Part shown: piece by piece, positions 42,571 to 54,858 of the stretch
Layout: each line of letters starts with the position of its first letter
Numbering within the stretch: the first letter of the stretch is position 1
The notes under the pieces: model-generated
Database searches by the model: none
What the model was told of the DNA's origin: nothing
Seen by the model: only the letters and a program-made list of their open reading frames with translations
From: an uncultured Acidobacteriota bacterium
GTDB taxonomy: Bacteria > Acidobacteriota > Blastocatellia > RBC074
DNA length: 64,000 nt
Assembly: GCA_963796275.1 (NCBI GenBank)
Contig: CAWCKY010000006.1
Coordinates: 576,001 to 640,000 of the forward strand
Direction of reading: 5' to 3'
Made by a program: the position numbers and the translations under genes

Positions 42571-42898
42571 AGAACGGACGGTTGGCGAAGTCGTCATTCT
42601 CGAATTCACCGGCAAGATCACCATAGGAGAAGGCAGCATACAATTGCGCGACACTGTGAGCCGGCTGCTTGAATCGGGGCGCAATAGGATCATCCTCAAT
42701 CTCAGCGCAGTGTCATATGTTGACAGCTCCGGAATTGGTGAGCTGGTCTCTCGATACACGACCACGAAGAACACGGGCGGGAAGCTCAAACTCCTCAATC
42801 TGCCCAAAAAGATCAAAGACCTGTTGATGATCACCAAGCTGCTCACTGTCTTTGAGATATATGAAGACGAACAGGCGGCGCTCGACAGTTTCCAATAG
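42554..42898 (+). CDS. STAS anti-sigma factor antagonist (RsbV-like)
   Basis: [12 protein letters not shown] motif; ATG 42554. Confidence 0.92.
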   Translation: MQLEIKERTVGEVVILEFTGKITIGEGSIQLRDTVSRLLESGRNRIILNLSAVSYVDSSGIGELVSRYTTTKNTGGKLKLLNLPKKIKDLLMITKLLTVFEIYEDEQAALDSFQ

Positions 42899-44051
42899 AT
42901 CTTACGGATTTACCGTTTCGCCCTTCGTCTCCGATCGCAAGCTCTCATTACCGTAAGTATCGACGGCCGTGATCTGATAATAATACTGTTTGCCCACCTC
43001 GACTTTGTCGTCACGGAACGATGCTGTTTTATAGAGCTGCGGATTGAGTTTTACCCACTTATCGGCGCGGGCATTTTCGTCGGCGGTTCTATAAATGTTA
43101 TAACCTTCTACATCCGCTTCGGGATTTAGCGGCCAGTAAAGGCTTACCAGACCGCCGATCGAGGCGATCGTGATCGGCGTTGGCGCGGAGGGTGGGAATG
43201 TATCCTTGGCCACAACCGTTATAGTTTTGCTCTCATCGCTTTCGATTGCATTTACAAGACTGGCGTCACTGTTGAGGGTGGACAAAGCCCGAACGGCATA
43301 TTCGTACTTTTTTCCGAATTCGAACCTGGTGTCGACGTATCGCAAATCTTGCAGTGGCTCGCCGTTGAGCTTGATCAAACTGCCGTTCTCAGCACTCCGA
43401 TAAATGTTATAGGCCACGGCATTGGCCGGACTCGTCCCGTTCTCATTTAGTTTAGGCGCATCCCAGGTGATCTCGATCCCTTTCTCTCTCTGTTTCGCTG
43501 CCAAACCTGGTGGCGGCGATGATAGGTCGAACAACGGTGTAATCAAGGCATAATTGGAAAAATCGGCCGCCATACCTGTCGAGGTGACCATCCGCACTGC
43601 GTAACGATAGCGCTGGTCGCGTGCGCCATTTTTAAGATCGAGATTGTCGCTTTTAGTGATAATCGATTTCTCGGGCGGAACCTCGTCGCCGAGGATCGAA
43701 TCGATGATTGTCGCGTTTGTCGAAAACTGCTCCTGGGTAACTCCGAGCGGGTCGCTTGTCGATTCGATCAGACGATAAACATCGATTCTTTGCAAGCGAG
43801 GCGAACGCGGCGATCTGATGATGGGGAATTGTAGAACGAGTTGTGTACCTTCCTGCGCGACGCTCAAGTCATCGATGATGAGCGGTGCGCGCGGGATGGG
43901 GGGGAGGGGATCGCCGATTTTGCCGCAACCGGAGAGACTTAGTATCAAGAGGGATAGGGGGAAAATGATTGCGGATTGCGCACTGCGGATTGCGAATCTT
44001 TGGGGAAGCTCCAGGCGAAACCGCAACCCGAAGTCCGTCAGCCAGAGCAGT

Positions 44052-45467
<1,416 letters not shown>

Positions 45468-45469
45468 AA

Positions 45470-45552
45470 ATAATTGATAATCGATAATTGATACTTGATA
45501 ATTGATAGCAGTTGTTTTTCATTATCAATTATCAATTATCAACTATCAATTG
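45470..45552. repeat. Inverted heptamer array (ATAATTG / CAATTAT)
   Basis: About five ATAATTG-like units facing about four CAATTAT-like units, filling the hslV-hslU junction. Confidence 0.9.
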
Positions 45553-45554
45553 AA

Positions 45555-46118
45555 TTAGATCTCTTCAACCACCAGATTCAAATTGCTATAGATGCAGATT
45601 TCGCCCGCCACCTTCATCGCTTCTTCCGCAATTTGACGTGCTGAGAGATCGGTGTTTCGGGCGAGGGCGCGTGCGGCGGAGAGCGCATACGGTCCGCCGG
45701 ATCCGATCGCTACGATCCCATCATCAGGCTCGATGACATCGCCGTTGCCGGAAACCACCAGGCTCGATTCTTTATCAGCGACGATGAGAAGGGCTTCAAG
45801 ATTGCGCATCATCTTGTCGGTTCGCCAATCTTTGGCCAGTTCGACCGCCGCACGATTGAGCTGACCGTGGTATTGCTCCAATTTTGTTTCGAACCGCTGG
45901 AAGAGGGCGAAGGCATCCGCACTCGCCCCGGCGAATCCCGCAAGCACCTTGTCGTTGTAAAGGCGCCGTACCTTACGCGCGCTCGCTTTCATTATGGTGT
46001 CGCCCATGGTCACCTGCCCGTCGCTGGCGACCACAACTTGACCGTTACGACGTATTGAAAGGATCGTCGTGCTTCGAATCAAAATTCCTCGTTTTTTTCT
46101 TAATGACTTATTCATCAC
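45555..46118 (-). CDS. hslV: ATP-dependent protease peptidase subunit
   Basis: TTIL, DGQVT, GFAG and AIGSGG motifs. Confidence 0.97.
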   Translation of the reverse strand: MMNKSLRKKRGILIRSTTILSIRRNGQVVVASDGQVTMGDTIMKASARKVRRLYNDKVLAGFAGASADAFALFQRFETKLEQYHGQLNRAAVELAKDWRTDKMMRNLEALLIVADKESSLVVSGNGDVIEPDDGIVAIGSGGPYALSAARALARNTDLSARQIAEEAMKVAGEICIYSNLNLVVEEI

Positions 46119-46267
46119 TTACCAATGACATGACACAGGTTCGGACTATAGCCACCGCTCAGACTGGTTGTCAAGAAACCATTAAATGGCGAGCGTGCAT
46201 AAGCCCATCGCGTGGCGGCAGGCTGTATTCAAGCCAGGCATTTATACGTCATTTAACGCGGGCCAGG

Positions 46268-46296
46268 TTGACAGCGCCGGTTCACTACGTTACTTT
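46268..46296 (+). promoter_or_regulatory. Sigma70 promoter of gap
   Basis: TTGACA-N17-TACTTT. Confidence 0.6.
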
Positions 46297-46380
46297 GCAC
46301 GACTTCAGGCTAGAGATCAATCGGCATCACGTCTACTGCCTGATGGTTAATGCCAAGAAAAATAGAACAGGAGAAGTGCT

Positions 46381-47388
46381 ATGGCAATTAAGGTTGGTAT
46401 CAATGGTTTCGGGCGCATAGGGCGCAACGTCCTTCGGACTGCCCTGGGGGACAAAGATATCGATTTCGTCGCGGTCAACGACCTGACCGACACGCGGACG
46501 CTCGCGCACCTGCTCAAATACGATTCGATTCTGGGCAACCTCGAGCAAGAAATTTCGCACACCGATAAAACGATCAAGGTCAATAAAGATGAGTTCCGCG
46601 TCTTTTCCGAAAAGGACCCGGCCCGGATCCCGTGGGAAGAGGTAGGCGCCCAGATCGTCATCGAATCGACCGGAAGATTCACCGACAAAGAGACAGCAGC
46701 CGCCCATCTGCGCGGGTCAGTCAAGAAAGTGATTATCACCGCTCCGGCAAAGAACGAGGACCTGACCGTTGTACTCGGCGTTAATGAGAATGTATATGAT
46801 CCCGCGAAGCATCACGTCATTTCGAATGCGTCGTGTACGACCAATTGTCTGGCGCCGGTCGCCAAGGTGATCAACAAAAAATTCGGGATCAAAAAGGCGC
46901 AGATGACTACGATCCACTCCTACACCAACGACCAGGTGATTCTGGACTTCCCGCACAAAGACCTGCGCCGCGCGCGCGCCGGCGCGCTTTCGATGATCCC
47001 CACCTCGACCGGCGCAGCCAAGGCGGTCGCGCTCGTGCTTCCGGAACTCAAGGGGAAGTTCGATGGCATCGCCGTCAGGGTTCCGACGCCCAATATTTCG
47101 CTGGTCGACGTGGTCATTGAGCTCGAGAAAGAGACGACGACTGAAGAGGTCAATCAGGCGCTGAAAGATGCCGCGAATGAAGAATTGAAAGGCATCCTCA
47201 GTTTCGAGACAGAACCGCTGGTATCGACCGACTTCCGCGGAAACTCTAACTCGTCCATCGTGGATGGTGAATACACCAAAGTAATCGGCGGAAATATGGT
47301 CAAGATATTGTCGTGGTATGACAATGAGTGGGGTTATTCGTGCCGCGTCCGAGATCTGATCAAGTATATTGCATCGAAAGGTCTGTAA
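46381..47388 (+). CDS. gap: Glyceraldehyde-3-phosphate dehydrogenase (type I)
   Basis: [17 protein letters not shown] and WYDNEWG motifs. Confidence 0.98.
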   Translation: MAIKVGINGFGRIGRNVLRTALGDKDIDFVAVNDLTDTRTLAHLLKYDSILGNLEQEISHTDKTIKVNKDEFRVFSEKDPARIPWEEVGAQIVIESTGRFTDKETAAAHLRGSVKKVIITAPAKNEDLTVVLGVNENVYDPAKHHVISNASCTTNCLAPVAKVINKKFGIKKAQMTTIHSYTNDQVILDFPHKDLRRARAGALSMIPTSTGAAKAVALVLPELKGKFDGIAVRVPTPNISLVDVVIELEKETTTEEVNQALKDAANEELKGILSFETEPLVSTDFRGNSNSSIVDGEYTKVIGGNMVKILSWYDNEWGYSCRVRDLIKYIASKGL

Positions 47389-47397
47389 AATATATAA

Positions 47398-47445
47398 AAT
47401 CAAAATGCCGCAGCGTGGAATCAGGTCCGCTGCGGCTTTTGATTT
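47398..47445. terminator. Bidirectional intrinsic terminator (gap / tRNA)
   Basis: gccgcagcg...cgctgcggc stem flanked by A and T runs. Confidence 0.8.
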
Positions 47446-47457
47446 TATAATTGCATT

Positions 47458-47532
47458 TGAAGCGGGAAACGGGGATCGAACCCGCAACCCCCGGCTTGGG
47501 AAGCCGATGCTCTACCATTGAGCTATTCCCGC
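47458..47532 (-). tRNA. tRNA-Gly (anticodon CCC); 3' end encoded as TCA rather than CCA
   Basis: Minus strand GCGGGAATAGCTCAATGGTAGAGCATCGGCTTCCCAAGCCGGGGGTTGCGGGTTCGATCCCCGTTTCCCGCT folds as a cloverleaf. Confidence 0.95.
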
Positions 47533-47811
47533 TTATTTAACAACTCTTTGTATCAGATGCATAAATTACCATAGGTGATCTTCGGCTGCAATCATAACAC
47601 TTTCATTACGCGTGGATCCTAAAACGCACCTTGGAAAACGGTCTTGCTGACCGCGAATTCTCCGAATCTGCAATTCTCGCTTAGACACCTTCCCATCGCT
47701 CTACCGGCTTTTCTTAAGTGATCTGGCAAATGGATTCACCAGCGAGTTAGAGGGATGGCCCATTACTATTTTCATCTTACAGAAGATTGTTGATAGTTCT
47801 ACCATCAAATC

Positions 47812-50056
47812 TTATCTCACACCGAAATCCATCCACTGCTCAACGCGCGCATACTTCTTCTTCGCAAGCGCATCGACGACAATTACGTGCATCATGTAAT
47901 CACCCGGCGGAAATCCGTTGAGTTTGAGCGTCCCCTGGCACGCGAGCCTCGCTGAGTCGCCGACGTTTTGCATTTCAACCGGGCGCGATGGGCCTCGATA
48001 GACGGGCTTTCCATCTCGATATATCTCGATCTGCGCGACCACTTGCGTCTGGCCTGTTTTCGGATCGAGGGCTGGATTATAGATCACCGCCCCATAATCG
48101 ATCTCGCCGGTGCGCGAGAAGCGGCGCACGGCTGGCGATGGGTGGACATCGCTCGCCTGCAATCGGGGCTGCGCATCCTGTTCCACAGGCGCAGGCGGTT
48201 GAGCTCGTGAGCTCAGGATGAGCCCGGACATTGCGAGGCGTTTCTTTACCAAATCGGGTACTTGAATGAATTGACCTGCCGATCCCAACTTTCCGTTTTC
48301 GGTGTCCCGCAGCACTGTGCGGAATTGATATGCCCCGGGCTTTTTGATGATGAAATCGTCGGTATAGAGGAGACCCTTCTTCATCGCGATCTGGTAGCGC
48401 TCCTCGTTGAGGTTTAATTTGAACATCCTGCCATGGTGGTCGACTATCGCCCCCTTTTCGTCGAATGTGAATGAAGCTATTTCGATAGTCACGATCTTCT
48501 CGCCCTGCTTCTCCGGATCGTCTTTGAAGCTCAATTTGGAAGGGTCGATATTGTAAAGGGAGCGAACGAACGATCCTCCCTGATCCGAGTTGAAGAAGAA
48601 CGAAGTCATTTGCATCGATAGATACTCGAGCGCCGAATGGTGAATAAAGCGCCGAGAGTATCTGGCGGTTACGCGCTTCTGGTCCGGTTAATACCGGCGC
48701 TTCTTGCTTTTTGGCATCCGGGAAGCCGATGAAACCGGCGCGCGTTCGCACTTGTAGACCCGAGCGCTTCACTTTCAATTTTATCGAGTGATATCTTCTG
48801 TCGAACTTTTCATCTTCCGGATCGAAGCCGAGCAGGTAGTAGCTCTGCGTATCGCGCAGGGCTTTTTGAATGCCGAAGTTGATATCGTTGTTGTTGAGCA
48901 CAGCGAAACCCCCTGTTTCGCGGGCCAGGAAGCTCAAACCATCCTGAGTATCGAAATTGGATCGTGAGGCTCGGGTAAGTTGCTCGGAAAGCTGCGGGCC
49001 ACTTACCCCCATCATATTGTCAGCGGCCGTTGGAAGAAGCGGTTGCAGTCCCTTGGCGTCGATCGAATAGATGACGACGCTCGATCGGTTCGCCAGATCG
49101 GTGAGGCGCCGCACATTTTCGAGCACCTGCGTGTTGTCGCGATTGCGGCCGAAGAGCCGGAAGCCGTCCGAGATGAGGATCGCCACTTTGCGCCCCGGCA
49201 GCTCGCGCAGTCCGCTCACCACAAAATTCAGCGCGCCCAGCGTGCCGACGGAGAAGACAGTCTCCTGGAAATCTTCAAAGCGATCTTCAGCCTCCCGCGC
49301 GGCTTCACGCTCTTCTTCTAACCGCGAATCGTTATCCGCATCGGTGGCGCCGAAGCGCGGCCGCATATCGCGGCTGGTTGGGTTCCACGCCATCTTATCG
49401 ATTGCCGTGTAGAGAATCCGCTTATCGCTCGTAAATTGCTGGAGTGCGCCCAGCCCGCGTCCCGTCATGATGATCCCGATCAGATCGCCATCCTGCATCT
49501 GCTCATCGACAAATTTTTTGAGCGCACGCCGCGCAAAATGTGTCCCTTCGAATGAGAGCCCCAGGTCGTCAATGACGAATGCGACCGTGCGTTTGACATC
49601 CTCGGACGCGATCATCCTGGTAGGCATCGTCGTCGGGGGGACCGGGGCCTCGGGCGTTCTCCTTGACGCTTCCGGAGATTTGGGCGGTTCGGGCAGTTTA
49701 ACGAGCTGGAAATAAGATAAGGTCTGCCGTTTGCCATCAACCGTCAGTTCAAAGTCGTCCTGGTTCAAATCCTCCGCATGCGCGCCCTGCTTATCCGTTA
49801 CCACGGCGTCGATTTGAACGAGCTGGGTGGAGATGCGAACCACGCCTTCTTGTCCCTGGTCTTTCTGCTGTCGCTGCTCGGGCTGCTGCTTATCATTCGA
49901 TGCAGATTGTGGCGATGCAGATTGTGGCGATGCTGGTGGTGGCTGTTGCGAGAATGGAGGAAGAGAAAGCGCGAAAACGAGAAAAGATACAGCGAAACGG
50001 AGATGTGGGGAGTTGACCATGCGTATTACCCTCAAAAGCGTCGCCGGACGGCGCAA
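47812..50056 (-). pseudogene. Acidobacterial VWA-domain secreted protein, split by a 1-nt insertion near 48624
   Basis: VRISTQLVQIDAVVTDK, GRK..ILISDG, LARETGG and YYLLGF motifs; removing one base from CGAGTATCTA gives R-D-L-S-M-Q and joins the two ORFs. Confidence 0.8.
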
Positions 50057-50166
50057 TATCTGACTGAGTCAGGTTGAATGCCAACAACATAAAAGAACTA
50101 TGAGGTAAAAAACGAATAATAACAGAAAAAGTTTTTAAAATTTCATCTATTGTCTGTCTAATTTTC

Positions 50167-50892
50167 TTACGCGGTTCGATTCAGATACGCGATCAAGCGG
50201 TCCGGAACATTGGTGACGATGCCGTCGACTCGACGGTCGATCATCCGTCCAAATAGTTTCTCGTCATCGACCGTCCAGACAAACAGCTTCTTTCCTTGCG
50301 CTTTGACCTGATGAGCCAGACGGTTGAAACAGAGTCCAACCCGGATAGATAGAACCTGGTAATTGATTCGTCGCAGAGCAATCCAGGGCATGGCTTCGCG
50401 CCAACGCACGATGGGATTGATATTTATCGTCCCGAGAATAATGCCCAGTTCGATGTCATTGACCTCTTGCCCCAGTTTGCGCATCAGGCCGAGATCGAAT
50501 GAGGCGAGCATCATATCCGGCTGACTTTGACGCGCGCGAATCAAGCGCAGGGTCTCAGCGGTAGAGCGAGTATCTTTTATCTCGAGGTAGAGTCTCGCCT
50601 TACCTCGGGTCAGATCGAGCGTCTCTTCGAGTGTGGGCACGCGCTCGCCCTTCCCGGCGTCGGCTCTTTTAACCTCGGCCAGCGAAAGACGATCGACGCG
50701 CCCCTTTAAGTTGGTTGTGTGGTCGAGAACCGGATCGTGGATGACGACGACGTGATTATCGCGCGTCAGATGCAGATCGAGCTCGATCATCTCTGCGCCC
50801 TGTTTAATGGCGAGGTCGAATGCCCGTAAGGTATTTTCCGGTTCGGCTGCCGAAGCGCCGCGATGGGCGATGACGAGAGGGTGCATTTCCAT
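50167..50892 (-). CDS. Glycerophosphodiester phosphodiesterase
   Basis: IAHRGAS..EPENT, ELD, VIHD, WTVD and VDGIVTN.P motifs. Confidence 0.95.
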   Translation of the reverse strand: MEMHPLVIAHRGASAAEPENTLRAFDLAIKQGAEMIELDLHLTRDNHVVVIHDPVLDHTTNLKGRVDRLSLAEVKRADAGKGERVPTLEETLDLTRGKARLYLEIKDTRSTAETLRLIRARQSQPDMMLASFDLGLMRKLGQEVNDIELGIILGTININPIVRWREAMPWIALRRINYQVLSIRVGLCFNRLAHQVKAQGKKLFVWTVDDEKLFGRMIDRRVDGIVTNVPDRLIAYLNRTA

Positions 50893-50896
50893 AAAT

Positions 50897-50963
50897 AGCT
50901 TTTAGCTTTTAGTTTTTAGTTGCTGATTTAGATCGCCAAACTAAAAACTAGAAACTAAAAACT
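50897..50963. repeat. Inverted heptamer array
   Basis: agctttt agctttt agttttt agttgctgat...gatc...actaaaa actagaa actaaaa act. Confidence 0.88.
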
Positions 50964-50967
50964 ATCA

Positions 50968-53151
50968 TCATTTAACCTGAAATTCACGAGATCCCAGTAT
51001 TAAGGCAGCGATACTACCGATCAACTGTTGATTATTTTTCTGGACTGCCCGGCTTTTTAATTTTGCGGGAGTTATCTTTTCACGCGATTCATCCACCGCG
51101 CTCTCCAGATTATCCCTGGTCTCATCGGGAAGATCGCTGTGGACGAGTACGGCGATGAGCTGATCCAGCAGCTTATCGCGATCATTCGCGATCCCGGAGT
51201 CGACCAGTCTGGTCACGTCAAATCGCGTACCGTTGATCTTATTGCTGACGAGCGTGACGGTGAAATTCATCCGCTCGAGCAGGGTGGCATTGCTCAGCCA
51301 GCGGGAGGAATCCTCGGAATAGCCCGTCGGCGGCTGGCAGAGATAGAGCGGTTCGCCCATCCGAGCTATCCATTGAATCAACGGCGAGGCGGCATCGGTC
51401 GAGGTGCCGGTCGCCCGGATCGTCGATGCCACCAGTTCGAGCGGTGATTTGACTTTGTTGCGATAGTAAAGTGGTGAATAGAATTCGGGAGAGATCAGAA
51501 TCGACCGCACGACCTCACGAATATCTCCTTCAGTGCTCTTGAAGACGGCTGCTGCTCGATCGACGAGCGATGCGGGCGGATCGTCGGCGACGAAACGCTG
51601 GCTGAGTTTGTACGAGATAAATCTCGCGGTCGATGGATGTTTCACCAGTATATCGAGCACGCGCAGGCCGTCCTCAATCCCTCCCCCTGCGGCGATCCGC
51701 TTATTGAGGACGAGCTTCTCCCCCCGATCATGTATGCGTGGTCGAAAAACAAAGGTTGAATTCGGTTGCGGCGTGATCGACCATCCGGTGAAGCATCGTG
51801 CGACTTCGATGACGTCCTGCTGCGTGTAACCGCCGTCGACACCCAGCGTATGCAGTTCCATCAATTCGCGCGCATAATTTTCGTTCAGACCCGGGCGGCG
51901 AGCAGGGATCGAATTTCCATCCTCATCTTTTTTCTCAGGCGGCTCGACCCGGCTCAAAAAGTTGTCCAGATAATAGAGCATCGCCGGGCTCTGAGCGACG
52001 GCGACGAGCATCTCTTTGAATTTTCCGAGGGCGTGGGGGCGAATGACATCGCGTTCGTAAGAGGAGACCATCCATCTTACTGAATCTTTGCCGCCGAAAA
52101 CGTTGAAGTGGTTGATCCAGAAATCGACCATCACCTCGTGCAGCTGCTTTTCGCTAAAAACGGCGCGCAGTAATTTGGCCTGCTGCAATTCCCTGAGCGG
52201 TTGTTGCGGATCGCGTCGCGGCGTCGGTGCCGGTTTCGCCTTTTGCTGAACGGCCGGTTGTCGTTCGGGAGCCTGTTTCTGTTGAGGCATCGATCCCTGG
52301 GCTCGCGCCGAATCATTCTGATTTTGCATAGCGCTCATTTCGCCCTTTCCTCCCTCGCTGGTGGTTGAAACGATGGAAGGCAGGGCATTGATCGCCGGAG
52401 CCGGAATTGGCGCAGTTGTCGTCGTCTTTGCCGTCTGCGTTATCGCCGGTGTTTGTGTTGTCGTTGTCGCCGGTGTTTGTGTTGTCGTTGTCGCCGGTGT
52501 TTGTGTTGTCGTTGTCGCCGGTGTTTGTGTTGTCGTTGTCGCCGGTGTTTGTGTTGTCGTTGTCGCCGGTGTTTGTGTTGTCGTTGTCGCCGGTGTTTGT
52601 GTTGTCGTTGTCGCCGGTGTTGGTGCTGTCATTGACGACGGCATCGGTGCTGTCGTAGGTGTAGGTGTAGGTGTTGGCGTCGATCGAGCGGGAGGCGGCA
52701 CAAAAATCTGCATGGTTTCCGGAATAGATAGATGCAGTGTGCTGATTGCCAGCAGCGGCCGCGAAAGCGTGTCATCGGGCACTTCTTCAGGATTGAGCTG
52801 TTCTTCGATGTAACGCTCGATGCCCATTTCCCGCACGCGACGTATGTCTCCTGGGCGCGGGCCGAACCCAGCGCGATTGAGCAGGTGTAAAATCTTCTGG
52901 TCTTCGTTCAACGGGGGTAGCGGTTTCGTTGACCGACGATTGCGTGAGTTAAGAGAGGCCGCCTCGGGCGGGGGCTTGATTAGTTTTTCCCCCTCGGATA
53001 ATGATCCGCTCGGCAAAGTGGGTTTGATCGGAGCGATGGGAGAAGGGCGCGGTTGCTGCGCGGAAAATGGGACTGCGTACGACATTGCCAGCGCCAATAC
53101 GCAGAGAATTACCGATGAAGAGCGAACGCGCGAGGCCTTCAAGCATTTCAT
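50968..53151 (-). CDS. DUF1800-family exported protein with Thr-rich VNTR linker
   Basis: HLLNRAGFGP, FW.NHFNV, NENYARELMELHTLG and C-terminal EFQ motifs. Confidence 0.9.
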   Translation of the reverse strand: MKCLKASRVRSSSVILCVLALAMSYAVPFSAQQPRPSPIAPIKPTLPSGSLSEGEKLIKPPPEAASLNSRNRRSTKPLPPLNEDQKILHLLNRAGFGPRPGDIRRVREMGIERYIEEQLNPEEVPDDTLSRPLLAISTLHLSIPETMQIFVPPPARSTPTPTPTPTTAPMPSSMTAPTPATTTTQTPATTTTQTPATTTTQTPATTTTQTPATTTTQTPATTTTQTPATTTTQTPAITQTAKTTTTAPIPAPAINALPSIVSTTSEGGKGEMSAMQNQNDSARAQGSMPQQKQAPERQPAVQQKAKPAPTPRRDPQQPLRELQQAKLLRAVFSEKQLHEVMVDFWINHFNVFGGKDSVRWMVSSYERDVIRPHALGKFKEMLVAVAQSPAMLYYLDNFLSRVEPPEKKDEDGNSIPARRPGLNENYARELMELHTLGVDGGYTQQDVIEVARCFTGWSITPQPNSTFVFRPRIHDRGEKLVLNKRIAAGGGIEDGLRVLDILVKHPSTARFISYKLSQRFVADDPPASLVDRAAAVFKSTEGDIREVVRSILISPEFYSPLYYRNKVKSPLELVASTIRATGTSTDAASPLIQWIARMGEPLYLCQPPTGYSEDSSRWLSNATLLERMNFTVTLVSNKINGTRFDVTRLVDSGIANDRDKLLDQLIAVLVHSDLPDETRDNLESAVDESREKITPAKLKSRAVQKNNQQLIGSIAALILGSREFQVK
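52443..52621. repeat. 24-bp VNTR, 7 perfect copies plus a partial copy
   Basis: (TCGCCGGTGTTTGTGTTGTCGTTG)x7 encoding (TTTTQTPA)x7 on the minus strand. Confidence 0.97.
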
Positions 53152-53320
53152 ACTTTTTTTATCCTCGAATTACCCTCGTACTGTTAACCGACTTGGAGGT
53201 GCGATAAATAATAACTTATCTCAAGTGATGATGGAAGATTCTATGCAAAGTCGCCAATCCGTAAAGAAAAAACGGTAACCACTTTGTCTCTCAGCGAGTT
53301 TGAGTCAAACTAGGATACAA

Positions 53321-54052
53321 ATGTCGCGTGTTACTGATCAAACATCAGAAAATCAAAGAGCCGAGGGGGCCTCGGATAAGCTTTATCATTTTGCCGTCCT
53401 GGACCAATACACATTCAAACAAAGGTTTATCATACGAATTGCCGGCGTCGCGCTCTATTGGTTGATAAGGGTGATCGGGGCAACGCTCAGGTTTAAAGTA
53501 ATCGGCTGGGAAAACCACACTGAGTCCGAACCACTGATCTATTGTTTCTGGCACAACCGGATACCCATTGCGACCTATTTCTGGAAGAAGCGAGGTATAG
53601 TTGTGATGTCATCGCTCAGTTTCGATTCGGAATACATAGCGCGATTCATCCAACGATTCGGTTACGGCGCTGCTCGCGGCAGTTCGACCCGGGGGGCGCG
53701 CGCAGCATTGATTCAGATGATCCGAGCAGTCAAGTCAGGCAAAAGCGCCGCGTTCACAGTAGATGGGCCGAAAGGGCCCATCTACCAGGCCAAGCCGGGC
53801 GCTCTCCTGCTCGCGGCAAAGTCAGGCGCGGCGATCCTGCCGTTTTCCATTTCGCTCGAACGATGCTGGAGATTACCCAGCTGGGACAGAATCGAGATTC
53901 CGAAACCGTTCACCAGGGCGATTGTCGTGATCGGCGAGCGATTTTACGTTCAGGATGGCGATGCAGAAAATCAGCAACATCGGTTTCAGATGAAGCTCGA
54001 AGAACTGCGCCGGGAGAGCGATCGTTTGAGCGAGAATAAAAACGATTCTTGA
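53321..54052 (+). CDS. DUF374 / lysophospholipid acyltransferase-family protein
   Basis: FWHNR, RGSSTRG, DGPKGP and SWDR..IPKPF motifs. Confidence 0.88.
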   Translation: MSRVTDQTSENQRAEGASDKLYHFAVLDQYTFKQRFIIRIAGVALYWLIRVIGATLRFKVIGWENHTESEPLIYCFWHNRIPIATYFWKKRGIVVMSSLSFDSEYIARFIQRFGYGAARGSSTRGARAALIQMIRAVKSGKSAAFTVDGPKGPIYQAKPGALLLAAKSGAAILPFSISLERCWRLPSWDRIEIPKPFTRAIVVIGERFYVQDGDAENQQHRFQMKLEELRRESDRLSENKNDS

Positions 54053-54077
54053 CAGCCCCACTGCTCAAACTTAGAAT
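54049..54077 (+). promoter_or_regulatory. Sigma70 promoter
   Basis: TTGACA-N17-TAGAAT. Confidence 0.7.
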
Positions 54078-54119
54078 CGCTCTTCGATTTCATATCACAC
54101 CTCACGGAGAATAGGGTAA

Positions 54120-54548
54120 TTGACCAACGAAGAATCAACAGGACAGGCGGTTATACCAACACCGGTATCGATGGGGCGCACTACAGCGGCTTGTATCGCG
54201 GCTATGATCCTGCCCGGACTAGGGCATGTGCTCCTGGGCAAGTGGGCTCGCGGCGCCATCATCGGTCTCGTCATAATTTTGATGTTCGTGCTCGGTTTTG
54301 CTATGAACGGACATCTTTACAGGCCGGAGAGCAATGAGTGGCTAACCTGGTTCTTCAGCTTCCTGGACGCCGGAATCGGACTGCCGTATTTTGTATGTCT
54401 CGTGGCCGACTGGGGCATCCAGGTGCAGCCGGAGCAGGCGGCCAGAGTTACCTTCGAATACGGAAATACCTTCCTTTGTGTCGCGGGGGCCCTGAATATG
54501 CTGGCGACGATAGATGCATACGATATCGGAGTTGGGAGGAAGGCATGA
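54120..54548 (+). CDS. Small multi-pass membrane protein (DUF6677-like)
   Basis: LPGLGH..LGK..RG and EYG..F..VAG.LN.L...DAYD pattern; GGAG RBS, TTG start. Confidence 0.8.
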   Translation: MTNEESTGQAVIPTPVSMGRTTAACIAAMILPGLGHVLLGKWARGAIIGLVIILMFVLGFAMNGHLYRPESNEWLTWFFSFLDAGIGLPYFVCLVADWGIQVQPEQAARVTFEYGNTFLCVAGALNMLATIDAYDIGVGRKA

Positions 54549-54721
54549 CCCATTTCCTGGCGCTCGTTTTGTTCGGATTACTCGTTTCAACAGCTTTTGC
54601 CGTCCTCTCTTCGGAGCATCGCACACCTACCGAACGATTCAAGTACGGCGCGAAAGTCTTCGGTTATTTCGTCGGTATCGGTCTGCTGATCGCCTGGGGT
54701 CTGTATCCACTGCCATTCTAA
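54545..54721 (+). CDS. 58-aa two-TM membrane protein, translationally coupled to the upstream gene
   Basis: ATGA overlap with the upstream stop, GGAGGAAGG RBS, MTHFLALVLFGLLVS...LIAWGLYPLPF. Confidence 0.75.
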   Translation: MTHFLALVLFGLLVSTAFAVLSSEHRTPTERFKYGAKVFGYFVGIGLLIAWGLYPLPF

Positions 54722-54858
54722 AGGCAAAGACGTAGCTGCCGATAGACCAGGGAAGCTTACCAATGCGACGGGTGCTCGCCGATTATCAGGTTGGCTCAGT
54801 TCCGCGCCGGCGAATCGTATCCATAAGCATCAGCGGTGAATTACGTCTCCCCCAGACT

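Noticed and set aside
47458-47811. tRNA-anchored genomic island
   Set aside because: No integrase and no duplicated tRNA 3' end; gap lies directly at the tRNA 3' side.
48077-48620. Arg-rich C-terminus of the 659-aa ORF
   Set aside because: Out-of-frame read-through after the 1-nt insertion.
52361-52813. Plus-strand repeat ORFs (VAGVCVVV, CCRCRRCL, SPVFVLSL)
   Set aside because: Alternative-frame readings of the 24-bp VNTR within the minus-strand DUF1800 gene; not metallothionein-like genes.
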